Positions 9,819-18,084 of a DNA stretch of 64,000 nt are shown here, piece by piece. Location: IMG/VR virus record IMGVR_UViG_3300050016_000100, positions 1 through 64,000 of that record, one strand, 5' to 3'. Each line of letters opens with the position of its first letter. Positions within the stretch are counted from its first letter, which is position 1. The notes under the pieces were generated by a model, which searched no databases, was not told the origin of the DNA, and was given only the letters and a program-made list of their open reading frames with translations. Source of the DNA: a virus. Both the position numbers and the translations under genes were made by a program.

Positions 9819-10245
9819 GGCGGCCGCGGTCTGCATCGCGCTCGCGGTGACGATCTCGGTGGCGGATGCCGGGTGGGACTATGTCGGAACGCATAAGCCG
9901 CATCCGAGCAGCTGCGGCGGTGCGCGGATGGTCGCGCTCTCACGCTATAACCTCCCGGGAAGTCAGGTCTCGATCAGCACGAGGGCCCGCCCGGTCTACT
10001 TCAACGCCGAGGCCAATACCTGCGCGTCGAACATGCCGGATGGATTCCAAAAGGGCAGAACGGTGAACCTAAGAAACCCGCGCACCGGGCAGACCAGCCA
10101 CTGCATCATCAACGACACACTGCCACGAACTGGTGACGCGTGGCGTGTCGGAGTCCGCCTCGATGCGACGCCACTGGTCTTCCGGCAGCTTGGCCCTCTT
10201 GGGCCCGGCCGCAGGAAGGAATCGGGATGGGTGTGCGCGTCATGA
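9793..10245 (+). CDS. Secreted RlpA-like (DPBB) protein
   Basis: Signal peptide; V.LRNPRTG...CIINDT.P...RLDATPLVFRQLG. Confidence 0.6.
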   Translation: MQGQRFLAKAAAVCIALAVTISVADAGWDYVGTHKPHPSSCGGARMVALSRYNLPGSQVSISTRARPVYFNAEANTCASNMPDGFQKGRTVNLRNPRTGQTSHCIINDTLPRTGDAWRVGVRLDATPLVFRQLGPLGPGRRKESGWVCAS

Positions 10246-10580
10246 CGATCCACCGCCGCATCATATTATTCGTCATCGCCGTCGCCGCGTGCTGCCTCAT
10301 CGGGGTCAAATTTGCTCCGGCCGGAACGCTCGTTCAGATGCCGCCGGCGAAGTGGAAGGGCTGCAAGCCGAAGGGCCATGTCACGATCCGGCACCATGTC
10401 GGGTTCGTCAGTTGCGGCGGCGTGATGGCGCCGTCCTGCGTGACCTGGCGCGGGAAGAATTATGTCATCGACCTGCAAAGCGACGTCGACGCCTGCGTTC
10501 GCGGAAAGATGCTGGCGCACGAGATGGCACACACTTGCGGGTGGAACCATGAAGGCATGACGTGGGAACGATGTCCGTGA
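10242..10580 (+). CDS. Secreted small zincin-like metallopeptidase
   Basis: LAHEMAHTCG (HExxH); signal peptide. Confidence 0.55.
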   Translation: MTIHRRIILFVIAVAACCLIGVKFAPAGTLVQMPPAKWKGCKPKGHVTIRHHVGFVSCGGVMAPSCVTWRGKNYVIDLQSDVDACVRGKMLAHEMAHTCGWNHEGMTWERCP

Positions 10581-10640
10581 TCTAGCGGCACGCTTCTAAT
10601 AATGCTATGCGCGAAGGCGGGCTCTGGTCTTTCGTATGTG

Positions 10641-10720
10641 GCCGGCGCCCGTGCCCTCCTTGGGCGTTTCCTCCCTAGACTTGGCCGCCGGTTCTTAGAA
10701 GGCTCCGGCGGCCTTTTTTT
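10641..10720 (+). ncRNA. mmgR: MmgR/suhB (alpha-r8) family small RNA
   Basis: Core CCCTCCTTGGGCGTTTCCTCCCTAGACTTG followed by GC-rich terminator hairpin and U-tract; family recognised from memory; 5' end approximate. Confidence 0.75.
10683..10720 (+). terminator. Rho-independent terminator
   Basis: GGCCGCCGG...CCGGCGGCC followed by T7, at convergence of the two gene blocks. Confidence 0.85.
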
Positions 10721-10722
10721 GT

Positions 10723-11262
10723 TCATTGATCAACGATAGGCAAAAGCAGCATCAGCACATCGAGCGGGATCGGATTCGCCTGCGGACATTTCGGCGTGAC
10801 GTCGAGGCATAGGTCCTCGCGTTTGATCCGGACCATGAGCGCGGACGACGGTGCGGTGAAGGCCTTGTCCATGTCAGCCAGGAACGCCTCGCGTTTCGGG
10901 TCCGGCTCGCCTTCCTTTGGCAATTTATCGGCTGATCCGTAATGCTGCTTGATCAGTGCCGCGTGGGCGTCCTGATAGGCCTTGAGCACGATGTCGGACT
11001 GCTGCAGGTCGACCGACATTGCGAACATGACATCGCCGCCGAAGCGGTACGGCGTCGGCCGATCGGGGCCGTAGGGGACGTTCGCGATCTGCCCTTCCTT
11101 CCCGACCGAGACGTAGTATGTCAGGCGCCTAAGCGCTTGTCCGACGCCGGTCACCTGCGCCACTGTCAGGCTCGATGCTTTCGCAGCCTTCGGCGGTTCG
11201 GCGGAGAACGCCGCAGTAGCGCAGCCGATCAGCATCACCGCCATCATCATCGTCTTCATCAT
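10723..11262 (-). CDS. Secreted hypothetical protein
   Basis: AGGAG RBS; signal peptide MMKTMMMAVML...AFSA. Confidence 0.6.
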   Translation of the reverse strand: MMKTMMMAVMLIGCATAAFSAEPPKAAKASSLTVAQVTGVGQALRRLTYYVSVGKEGQIANVPYGPDRPTPYRFGGDVMFAMSVDLQQSDIVLKAYQDAHAALIKQHYGSADKLPKEGEPDPKREAFLADMDKAFTAPSSALMVRIKREDLCLDVTPKCPQANPIPLDVLMLLLPIVDQ

Positions 11263-11459
11263 GTCGCCTCTCCTCGTTTCTGATTCACATTGCTGGACAC
11301 GCTCCACGCCAGGCACACCACCCATCCGATCATCGTCCATCCGAAAAACAGGTTCACGATCAGGATCGACGCTCGGTTCATGTGATCGCGTCGATAGGCG
11401 ATCATCGCCGGCAGCATGTAAACGAAGGGCACGAGAAACATCCATAGCGGAGCGTCCAT
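11259..11459 (-). CDS. Superinfection immunity protein (T4 Imm-like)
   Basis: YMLPAMIA.RR.H.N...I...NLFFGWT.IGWVV.L.W signature. Confidence 0.85.
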   Translation of the reverse strand: MDAPLWMFLVPFVYMLPAMIAYRRDHMNRASILIVNLFFGWTMIGWVVCLAWSVSSNVNQKRGEAT

Positions 11460-11469
11460 TGGATTCCTC

Positions 11470-12024
11470 CTAAGCTGTGTTCGCCTTTGCGAACATCTTG
11501 AATGGAACGCCACCGGGCTCCCGGTACTCAGCCCACGGCCAGCGGCGCAGGATTGACTCGTCTTGCGCGCGGAGCAGCCCAGCTCGAGCCGCATCAGGAC
11601 CAAGCGCAAAAATCCAACGATCTTTCACCGATTGCTTTTCGCCTTCGATCCATGATCCGTTGCCGGTCGGCGGCGGCCGGAGCCGATGCCACGTTGGTGC
11701 CCACCACCAATTACACGCGCGATAGAGCGCGCCAGTATGACCTTGGCTCGGATCACTATAGCTGACGATAGTTGTAACTTCTGGGCGAGACTGACGCAGC
11801 GCGCGGACAAACGCCGCCCACTGGCGACTGCCATCGTTCGGTTGCCTGCGCGTAAGGCACCAACGGACGAGCTCAAGCCAATGCTGCGGAAGCCGCCGAG
11901 CAGTTGGCGGTGCTACGATGATCGCCCCAAACTCGTCGTGCCACGCCATGCCGCGATTAATCGGGCCGAGATAATGGTTCTCGGTCAGCAACCCGGCGAC
12001 AGATCGACAGCTAGTCCAAGCCAC
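11470..12024 (-). CDS. Mom-like adenine-modifying GNAT-fold enzyme
   Basis: HYLG, WLELVRWC, IVSYSDPSQGHTGALYRACNW motifs. Confidence 0.8.
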   Translation of the reverse strand: MAWTSCRSVAGLLTENHYLGPINRGMAWHDEFGAIIVAPPTARRLPQHWLELVRWCLTRRQPNDGSRQWAAFVRALRQSRPEVTTIVSYSDPSQGHTGALYRACNWWWAPTWHRLRPPPTGNGSWIEGEKQSVKDRWIFALGPDAARAGLLRAQDESILRRWPWAEYREPGGVPFKMFAKANTA

Positions 12025-12032
12025 AGTCGCTC

Positions 12033-12239
12033 CTATCTCGGCTCGTGCTGTTCGCACCATTTGTCCGCGTGCGTAAGTGGCACGGCGTCATTCCATTTCA
12101 GTCCGCGCCACTTTGCAAAGCAGATTGCCGCGTGTCCGGGCGAGAGTGGAGCAAAATGCCTACACGTCGCACAAGTTGGGGTTAGATAATCGTGCGCCAC
12201 CTCTGCAGCCTCTCGATCTTGCGGTGCGCCGCGCATCAA
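12033..12239 (-). CDS. Small Cys-rich hypothetical protein
   Basis: CATCRHF...C...WC; TAGGAG RBS. Confidence 0.55.
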   Translation of the reverse strand: MMRGAPQDREAAEVAHDYLTPTCATCRHFAPLSPGHAAICFAKWRGLKWNDAVPLTHADKWCEQHEPR

Positions 12240-12245
12240 ATTCTC

Positions 12246-12419
12246 CTATTTCTTTAGCGCGTTCATAACGAAACGGGCCTGCCGTCGATACTCTTTCCTC
12301 TCACGCGCAGCAAAAGCCTCGCGCCAATAGCGGTCGCTAAACTCACGGCGGCCTTTGTCGGTTAGACCGGCGCGGGCGAGTGCCTTAGCTGCAATCTCAG
12401 TTTGGCTTTCCTTACGCAC
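12246..12419 (-). CDS. Small basic hypothetical protein
   Basis: AGGAGG RBS before GTG. Confidence 0.5.
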   Translation of the reverse strand: MRKESQTEIAAKALARAGLTDKGRREFSDRYWREAFAARERKEYRRQARFVMNALKK

Positions 12420-12429
12420 CGATTTCCTC

Positions 12430-12645
12430 CTATATATCGTCGGACTTATCTGGGCAAACGTGAGCCATCGTCTTTTCAAGACGCACAACGCGCTCTTCAA
12501 GTGACGGCTTATCGTAAGAATCATTTTCCGGCACAATCCGGTAGCCGATGTTGGCGGCGATCCGCGTGGCGAACACTTCCTGCGCTTCGCAGCGCAGTTT
12601 AAGAATTTCCGCTAATAGACCATTTTCGCCGTGCGTTAAGATCAC
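12430..12645 (-). CDS. Hypothetical protein
   Basis: AAGGAG RBS; part of short-gene array. Confidence 0.5.
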   Translation of the reverse strand: MILTHGENGLLAEILKLRCEAQEVFATRIAANIGYRIVPENDSYDKPSLEERVVRLEKTMAHVCPDKSDDI

Positions 12646-12656
12646 GAAATTCTCCT

Positions 12657-12857
12657 TTATCTCTTGACCGTATCAGCGGCAATCTTGAGCGCCAACGATA
12701 TTGCGTTCCATTCGGTCTTGTTCATGTACCAAACCGGAGCGTTGCGCGGCAGCTTGCGTTGCCGGTCAAATTCTTTCTTGACCTTGAGATAGGTCGCACG
12801 GCTGAAATTGCGCCGTTCCTTTTTGTAAGCCGCCTTCTGCTTTGCGGTCCACGACAT
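12657..12857 (-). CDS. Small basic hypothetical protein
   Basis: AGGAG RBS; part of short-gene array. Confidence 0.5.
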   Translation of the reverse strand: MSWTAKQKAAYKKERRNFSRATYLKVKKEFDRQRKLPRNAPVWYMNKTEWNAISLALKIAADTVKR

Positions 12858-13140
12858 CAAATTCTCCTGCTCTGTTAGTCACGCTTTCCGAAATGCGTGT
12901 ACATCCAACCGCGCTTAATCCACCTCAACCCTAGAGCATGGATTGCGGCCAATGCCTCCTTTTCCTACTCAGTTAACCGGCGGCGACCATCGGCTCGCAC
13001 CAGGCAGTCGCCTCCCCTACAGCCATTTTAGCGCCACCGATCTTGTGTCTAAAATTGACATGCAAGCAACCGTCCACATGGCAGAAGCATAACGGTTCGG
13101 TGAGTGCGATTGAGTGCGGCTGAGCCGCGCCGGGTTCCTC

Positions 13141-13407
13141 CTAAGATGGGTGGTTGTATTGGAGAACATATTTTTTGGCTTCATCCTTGTTCACGTCCTT
13201 GCCATCCCAATCGAGGTGGATGGTCTCGCAATCAAGTTGGTCAATTAGCTCGCACAGAATGAGCCGCCGATCAGCGTCAGGATGATCCATCGCGCAGGAC
13301 ATCGAGACACCATCCGCAAAAAACCGCTCAAGGATTTTGACGGACTTATCGGTGAAGCCGCCCCATCCCTTGATCGTTCCCCACTTAAGCGTCAGCGACT
13401 CGGCCAT
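13141..13407 (-). CDS. Hypothetical protein
   Basis: TAGGAG RBS; LTLKWGTIKGW N-terminus. Confidence 0.6.
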   Translation of the reverse strand: MAESLTLKWGTIKGWGGFTDKSVKILERFFADGVSMSCAMDHPDADRRLILCELIDQLDCETIHLDWDGKDVNKDEAKKYVLQYNHPS

Positions 13408-13419
13408 CGTGATCAGCTC

Positions 13420-13665
13420 CTACTTTGTTAAGCGATAGCCGTAGCAATCGCGGCCCCAGAACAAGCGCGAGCCACATACGAAAGAGTCTGGTTCCGGCAC
13501 TTCATGGCAATAATAGTATTTGGTGTCGGCCTCATTCGCAGACATGGCATTGCTGATGCGCGTCGAAACTTTCTCACAGCTTTCCAGGCTATCGAAATCC
13601 GAGACGTTGACCCGTCGCTCCATCGGGGTGCCTGCAAGAAACACCACCATGAGAAGATATTTCAC
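13420..13665 (-). CDS. Small secreted Cys-containing protein
   Basis: TAGGAG RBS; hydrophobic N-terminus. Confidence 0.5.
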   Translation of the reverse strand: MKYLLMVVFLAGTPMERRVNVSDFDSLESCEKVSTRISNAMSANEADTKYYYCHEVPEPDSFVCGSRLFWGRDCYGYRLTK

Positions 13666-13673
13666 GGTCACTC

Positions 13674-13898
13674 CTATGCCTCGTTGGCGATTACGGACAA
13701 CTTGCTCGCTGCCGATATGGTGACGTGGACTTCCTCTTTGCGATCTGGAAACGCCAAGCCAATCCACAAGGTCTTGTCGTCCATCATTTCCATGTGGACA
13801 AACGGACCAGCCGCGACAAGTTCATCGAACGCGCCAGCTTCGTCGGGCCGCGTAAAGATTTTGCCATCCACCCACGTCTTGTCGATATGTTTGCCCAA
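13674..13898 (-). CDS. Hypothetical protein
   Basis: AAGGAG RBS. Confidence 0.5.
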   Translation of the reverse strand: MGKHIDKTWVDGKIFTRPDEAGAFDELVAAGPFVHMEMMDDKTLWIGLAFPDRKEEVHVTISAASKLSVIANEA

Positions 13899-13911
13899 GT
13901 CGGCTCCTTTT

Positions 13912-14100
13912 TCACCAACTCATGTGCGGTAAGAAATGTGACGCGGCGATCAGCGCCGCAACGATCAGGCCGCCGATCACGTAGGGCGCAACGCCGGAAG
14001 TTTGACCTGGCGCGTCACTCATGCCAGAAGCGAACAGCCCAAGCAGCCCGAGAGCGAGTGAGAGTAACGCGACGATTCCTGCGATTATAAATGCAACCAT
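13912..14100 (-). CDS. Two-TM small membrane protein
   Basis: Two hydrophobic segments; AGGAG RBS. Confidence 0.6.
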   Translation of the reverse strand: MVAFIIAGIVALLSLALGLLGLFASGMSDAPGQTSGVAPYVIGGLIVAALIAASHFLPHMSW

Positions 14101-14115
14101 GTTTCAGTCTCCTGC

Positions 14116-14445
14116 TCATTCAACGGTTGCGTGAACTTTTGACGGCGCGAGCATCTTCACGAAGATACTGATGTCGGTTTTCTTCTCGATGACCGGGCGG
14201 AACGCTTCTGCCCAAAACCATTTCTCTTGATCCGGTGCGTCTCTGAATGGGACAATCGGATTCACAATCTCGGCCAAGTGAACATGCTGCCGACCATCCT
14301 TGCCGATGCGGGTATCGCGCACGGTGTAAATCAAACCGCGCTTCGGCGTGACGACTTTCCAATAGGCACACCATGCGGCCCAATCGAAGCCGGGGCTACC
14401 TTCGGTTCCGATGCACACTACTTTCTGTCCAACGGTGAAAGCCAC
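14116..14445 (-). CDS. Hypothetical protein, paralogue of 39411..39746
   Basis: Shared G..VVCI, EIVNP and FRPV...TDIS motifs. Confidence 0.65.
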   Translation of the reverse strand: MAFTVGQKVVCIGTEGSPGFDWAAWCAYWKVVTPKRGLIYTVRDTRIGKDGRQHVHLAEIVNPIVPFRDAPDQEKWFWAEAFRPVIEKKTDISIFVKMLAPSKVHATVE

Positions 14446-14454
14446 GAAAATCTC

Positions 14455-15042
14455 CTAATCCAGTAGCCCGCGACTGCGAGCAACATTTTCAAGTTGATAC
14501 AGAAACCACGTCCGCCCAGGTATCGGATCAATGCCGAGCTTTTTCATGGCCGCTCGGCGCGTGCGCCAGTTCTTGTACTTGACGCTTTCCTTGACGCGCA
14601 TCAGGTCACGTAGATCGTTGTCCGAGTATCGTTCCGCAAGCGGCGGCGTGCCCTTGCGGCCGTTGAATATCGACTTGCGGCCCTGCGCCAGTCTGCGGCA
14701 TATCTCGCAGCCGTCGCGCTTCATTGCCGCCCAATTCTTGCGGCTATCCCGGCCGTTGGCATCCACCACCCATCGCCCGCGCTTGTGGATCGCCGTCTTG
14801 GTCGTAACCAGGCTATCGGTCCGGTCGAGCTTGCTGCCCTTGTTCTCGGCCAGCATTGCCGGGACAGCCACCAGCGCCACGCGCGGCGCTCGCATCATCT
14901 TGGCGTAGTCCTCAAGATTGCCGTCTTTGCCGATTACAAACCAATCTGTCGGCTCGAACCGCGCCAGCATCACCCGCTGCTTATCGTCGGGGAACCCCGA
15001 AACCGGGTTTATCAGGGCGATATATTCGGGTTTATCCACCAT
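14455..15042 (-). CDS. Divergent serine-recombinase (resolvase)-fold protein with degenerate catalytic motif
   Basis: Collinear with resolvase pattern (YIALINPVS..Q...L; MRAPRVALV; RG..VV; GRKGTPP; C-terminal HTH-like region); canonical YxRxS absent. Confidence 0.45.
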   Translation of the reverse strand: MVDKPEYIALINPVSGFPDDKQRVMLARFEPTDWFVIGKDGNLEDYAKMMRAPRVALVAVPAMLAENKGSKLDRTDSLVTTKTAIHKRGRWVVDANGRDSRKNWAAMKRDGCEICRRLAQGRKSIFNGRKGTPPLAERYSDNDLRDLMRVKESVKYKNWRTRRAAMKKLGIDPIPGRTWFLYQLENVARSRGLLD

Positions 15043-15051
15043 TTCCCGCAT

Positions 15052-15096
15052 ATCATAAAACAGGGGTGGACAAATAGCAAGGCCCGTGCTTATATT
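15052..15096. promoter_or_regulatory. Overlapping divergent sigma70-type promoters
   Basis: Minus strand TTGCTA-17-TATGAT (15080-15052); plus strand TGGACA-18-TATATT (15067-15096). Confidence 0.6.
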
Positions 15097-15201
15097 CTCC
15101 CCAGGCCCCACGGGTTGCCCATTATTGGGAACAACGGCCAAGCCGACTAGAAGCAAATCCGGTGCATCGTGGGAAAGCCGGGCTTCTAAAGGAAAACGCC
15201 G

Positions 15202-15306
15202 ATGAAACGATGGCTTTACTGGCGCGTCGTATGGCTGAATGACAGAACCAATGGCCGATATTTGCGGCTGCAATCGCGGCTGTGGATTGCTGGTTGGAGC
15301 GATTGA
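15202..15306 (+). CDS. Small Trp/Arg-rich peptide (first gene of plus-strand array)
   Basis: AAGGA RBS; MKRWLYWRVVWL...; below ORF-track cutoff. Confidence 0.4.
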   Translation: MKRWLYWRVVWLNDRTNGRYLRLQSRLWIAGWSD

Positions 15307-15320
15307 AGGAACAGGCCGCC

Positions 15321-15698
15321 ATGAAATTCGCCACGGATGCAGTGCTCGGAACCTCGACAGGCCGCCTTTTGGGCGACATTGGCGGCATCTACAAGGTGCT
15401 TTCCTTCATGATCGGGCGCGCCGCCTATACGCACGATCTAGCATTCTATGGCCGTCAGGCCAGCAAGGCGCTCAAGGCCGCGCTCCCCGATCTGCCGATT
15501 GAGAAAGATGCCGGTCATGTGACCGGCGAGAATTACCGCGATTGCTTGGAAACGTGGGTCAAGCAATTCGGTCCTGAAATCGACCTGCCTGACAGCCTGC
15601 GCGACTGTCTCGCGGACGACAAGAGCGCGATGCAGACGCTTACCGAAATGGTCGATCCGAAAAAGATAATTCCGATCACCGTCGGTCGCGAGGAATAG
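15321..15698 (+). CDS. Conserved phage hypothetical protein
   Basis: TGRLL...GGIY.VL.FM.G...YTH.L pattern; AAGGA RBS. Confidence 0.65.
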   Translation: MKFATDAVLGTSTGRLLGDIGGIYKVLSFMIGRAAYTHDLAFYGRQASKALKAALPDLPIEKDAGHVTGENYRDCLETWVKQFGPEIDLPDSLRDCLADDKSAMQTLTEMVDPKKIIPITVGREE

Positions 15699-15915
15699 GC
15701 CGGACTTCCGGCAACATGCGCCTCGGTGATGCAGGGGCAGAGTAAATCAGATGGTCAATCATCCTAACCGCAGCAAAACCAAACTTTTGAAGTTCAATGT
15801 TCTCAATCGTTATTCTGGCGAAGTTCAATTCACAGCCGAGATTGATTGCGCGGATGATGCCAAGGCTTCGGTCAAACTTGGCTTGGCAGTAAAGTGGGCG
15901 ATTGAAAGCCGGGCC
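15697..15915. repeat. 219-bp inverted repeat, copy 1 (partner 17668..17886)
   Basis: Reverse-complement identity of leader plus 5' part of pentapeptide gene. Confidence 0.95.
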
Positions 15916-16395
15916 GACCTGAGCGGGGCCGACCTGAGCGGGGCCGACCTGAGCGGGGCCGACCTGAGCGGGGCCGACCTGAGCGGGGCCGACCTGAGCG
16001 GGGCCAACCTGAGCCGGGCCAACCTGAGCGGGGCCAACCTGAGCGGGGCCGACCTGAGCGGGGCCAAAGACGCGGATTACGCCATCGCCTGCACGCGCAT
16101 TTTACCTGATGGCGAGCTGATCGGCTGGAAAAAGTGCAAAGAGAGCGTCATTGTCAAACTGCGCATCCCAGAGGCGGCAAAGCGCAGCCATGCGTTCGGT
16201 CGTAAATGCCGCGCTGAATTTGCGGACGTGATCGAAGTCATTGGCGGGGAAATTGGCTACGCGCTACATGACGGAAAGACTGAATACAAACCCGGCCAGC
16301 GCGTGACCCCCGACAAGTGGGACGATAACTGGATTGACGAATGCTCCAATGGCATTCACTTTTACATCACCCGCGCCGAAGCCGAGGCGCATTGA
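15751..16395 (+). CDS. Pentapeptide-repeat protein with DUF5758-like C-terminal domain
   Basis: 10 A(D/N)LS(G/R) repeats; IGWKK, RKCRAE, ECSNGIHF motifs. Confidence 0.85.
   Translation: MVNHPNRSKTKLLKFNVLNRYSGEVQFTAEIDCADDAKASVKLGLAVKWAIESRADLSGADLSGADLSGADLSGADLSGADLSGANLSRANLSGANLSGADLSGAKDADYAIACTRILPDGELIGWKKCKESVIVKLRIPEAAKRSHAFGRKCRAEFADVIEVIGGEIGYALHDGKTEYKPGQRVTPDKWDDNWIDECSNGIHFYITRAEAEAH
15913..16062 (+). repeat. 15-bp tandem repeat x10
   Basis: GCCGACCTGAGCGGG units. Confidence 0.95.
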
Positions 16396-16404
16396 AGGAT
16401 TAGC

Positions 16405-16487
16405 CCGCATCCGGGCGACACCTTCTGGCACCCGATCCATCCATTGAATGTATGGTCACACCATTCTATTTTTGAATTTTCACCCAT
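16405..16487 (-). pseudogene. 5' remnant of Gp37Gp68/DUF5131 radical SAM gene
   Basis: MGENSKIEWCDHTFNGWIGCQKVSPGC, then abrupt junction with the plus-strand array. Confidence 0.8.
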
Positions 16488-16600
16488 CGGTTCTCTCCAG
16501 ATAGGCAACGGCGGCACGAATCAAATCGACGCGATCTTCAAACTGTCCGAGGCCTACATTGCAGCGACTGCATATCAACCCGCGAACTTTGCCAGTACCA
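16480..16600 (-). pseudogene. 3' remnant of endonuclease VII-domain gene
   Basis: TGKVRGLICSRCNVGLGQFED...AVAYL without N-terminal CxxC/DH. Confidence 0.7.
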
Positions 16601-16610
16601 TCTCGCCCAT

Positions 16611-16793
16611 TTATTTCGGCCTCCCACATTCCGGACAGCCGTGGACCCAGACATCGGCGATCTTGCGTGATGACCATCCCTCGCGCTGCGCGGCCGGCCA
16701 GACCTCGGACCACTCGCCGCTCACGCCTTCGAACGTCGTGTCGCAGGAATCGCACTCGATAACAATTTTGTTATATTGCCGGTCCACGCTCAT
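16611..16793 (-). CDS. Small zinc-ribbon protein
   Basis: CDSC...GW...CPEC. Confidence 0.65.
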   Translation of the reverse strand: MSVDRQYNKIVIECDSCDTTFEGVSGEWSEVWPAAQREGWSSRKIADVWVHGCPECGRPK

Positions 16794-17356
16794 TTTGCCT
16801 TCCTCCTGAACGGTCGCTGGCCCTTCCCCGGCAGGCGGTTGGCGCTGCGCAGCGGCCGCGATGTAATCTGCTTTACCTGGGACGGCCTTTTCGGGAATCC
16901 ACTTGCTTTTCGCCGAGCTTGGCCTTTCGCCCTGTTCTTCGCGATCCGCTTGTTCTTCCGCGCCAGCCCGAGATCGCTGTGCTGTCCGTGCTGGCCCCGG
17001 ACGCGGGTCTCGACGTCGTGGTCGGCCTCGGGCAGCCAGAACAGGTGCGCGGGCGAGTTCGCCGGCGGCCTGTAGCCGACGATGATGCCGCCGCGTTTAA
17101 TTTTCTCCCGGTTTACCAGCGCGGGACGGTGATGCAGTTCGGCCTTCTGGTTTCCGAACAGCAACCGCAAAAACATATCGAGCTGCTCGCGCAGAGACGA
17201 TCTTCCCTTCCAGTGTTCGCGATCTACGAATGAACGGAAGACCGAGGCGGCGCGTTCTCCGTTTTCATGCGCGAACGACTTGGCAGCGTCGAACTGCCGC
17301 TCCGCGACATGCACGCGGATCTTGAGCGGAATGTGCGGGCGCGGCAGGCGGCTCAT
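16790..17356 (-). CDS. HNH-like nuclease-family protein
   Basis: LHHRPAL...ANSP.HL.WL...H...T; basic C-terminal tail. Confidence 0.55.
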   Translation of the reverse strand: MSRLPRPHIPLKIRVHVAERQFDAAKSFAHENGERAASVFRSFVDREHWKGRSSLREQLDMFLRLLFGNQKAELHHRPALVNREKIKRGGIIVGYRPPANSPAHLFWLPEADHDVETRVRGQHGQHSDLGLARKNKRIAKNRAKGQARRKASGFPKRPSQVKQITSRPLRSANRLPGKGQRPFRRKAK

Positions 17357-17832
17357 GATTTCCCCCTATGAATCGCGTCGACCATGCTCAGCCGAACGGA
17401 TGGTCCTAGCTTCGGTGTCTTTCGATTTACTTTGCGAGGCCGATAGACAAAAGTTTTCGAGGCATCCGCTGCGTCCTCGGCCTGCACGATCTCGGCCCAC
17501 GCCTTTCCATCGCGCCGGAATAGCGGGAAGTCCGCATGGTCCCCACCGACGATGTAGATCGGATAACCCTTGCTCTTGCCGGATGCGTTTAGGCGAAGGC
17601 CCCATCCGACGCCGGTCGGGTCGATCCGGCTCAGGTTGGCCCCGCTCAGGTCGGCCCCGCTCAGGTAGGCCCGGCTTTCAATCGCCCACTTTACTGCCAA
17701 GCCAAGTTTGACCGAAGCCTTGGCATCATCCGCGCAATCAATCTCGGCTGTGAATTGAACTTCGCCAGAATAACGATTGAGAACATTGAACTTCAAAAGT
17801 TTGGTTTTGCTGCGGTTAGGATGATTGACCAT
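17353..17832 (-). pseudogene. Chimeric ORF: pentapeptide-protein N-terminus fused to internal HerA-like fragment
   Basis: First ~68 aa copy 15751..; then IDPTGVGWGLR...YIVGGDHAD. Confidence 0.8.
17558..17625. repeat. 68-bp direct repeat, copy 1 (partner 21123..21190)
   Basis: Identical ATCGGATAACCC...GGGTCGAT flanking the 3.5-kb small-gene array. Confidence 0.95.
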
Positions 17833-17886
17833 CTGATTTACTCTGCCCCTGCATCACCGAGGCGCATGTTGCCGGAAGTCCGGCCT
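17668..17886. repeat. 219-bp inverted repeat, copy 2
   Basis: Reverse complement of 15697..15915. Confidence 0.95.
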
Positions 17887-18078
17887 CTACTGACTGAAAA
17901 CGCGGGTGGCGATATTTGCGGGGATCGTGAAGGGCCATGGTGCAGCGGAGATAAAAGCACAGATAGCAAAGCTCTCGCCATTTCTGATGCAGACGGGGCG
18001 ATTGTAAAAGTAGCCGGTGCCGACAGCCCAACCAAAAATGTATATCCAAAACATCGTTATTGCTGCTCGATCCGACAC
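17887..18078 (-). CDS. Small membrane protein (array gene)
   Basis: Hydrophobic; preceded by GAAGGATTAGCCCGCC. Confidence 0.55.
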   Translation of the reverse strand: MSDRAAITMFWIYIFGWAVGTGYFYNRPVCIRNGESFAICAFISAAPWPFTIPANIATRVFSQ

Positions 18079-18084
18079 GGCGGG

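Noticed and set aside
15913-16062. CRISPR array
   Set aside because: Contiguous 15-bp coding repeats with no spacers and no cas genes
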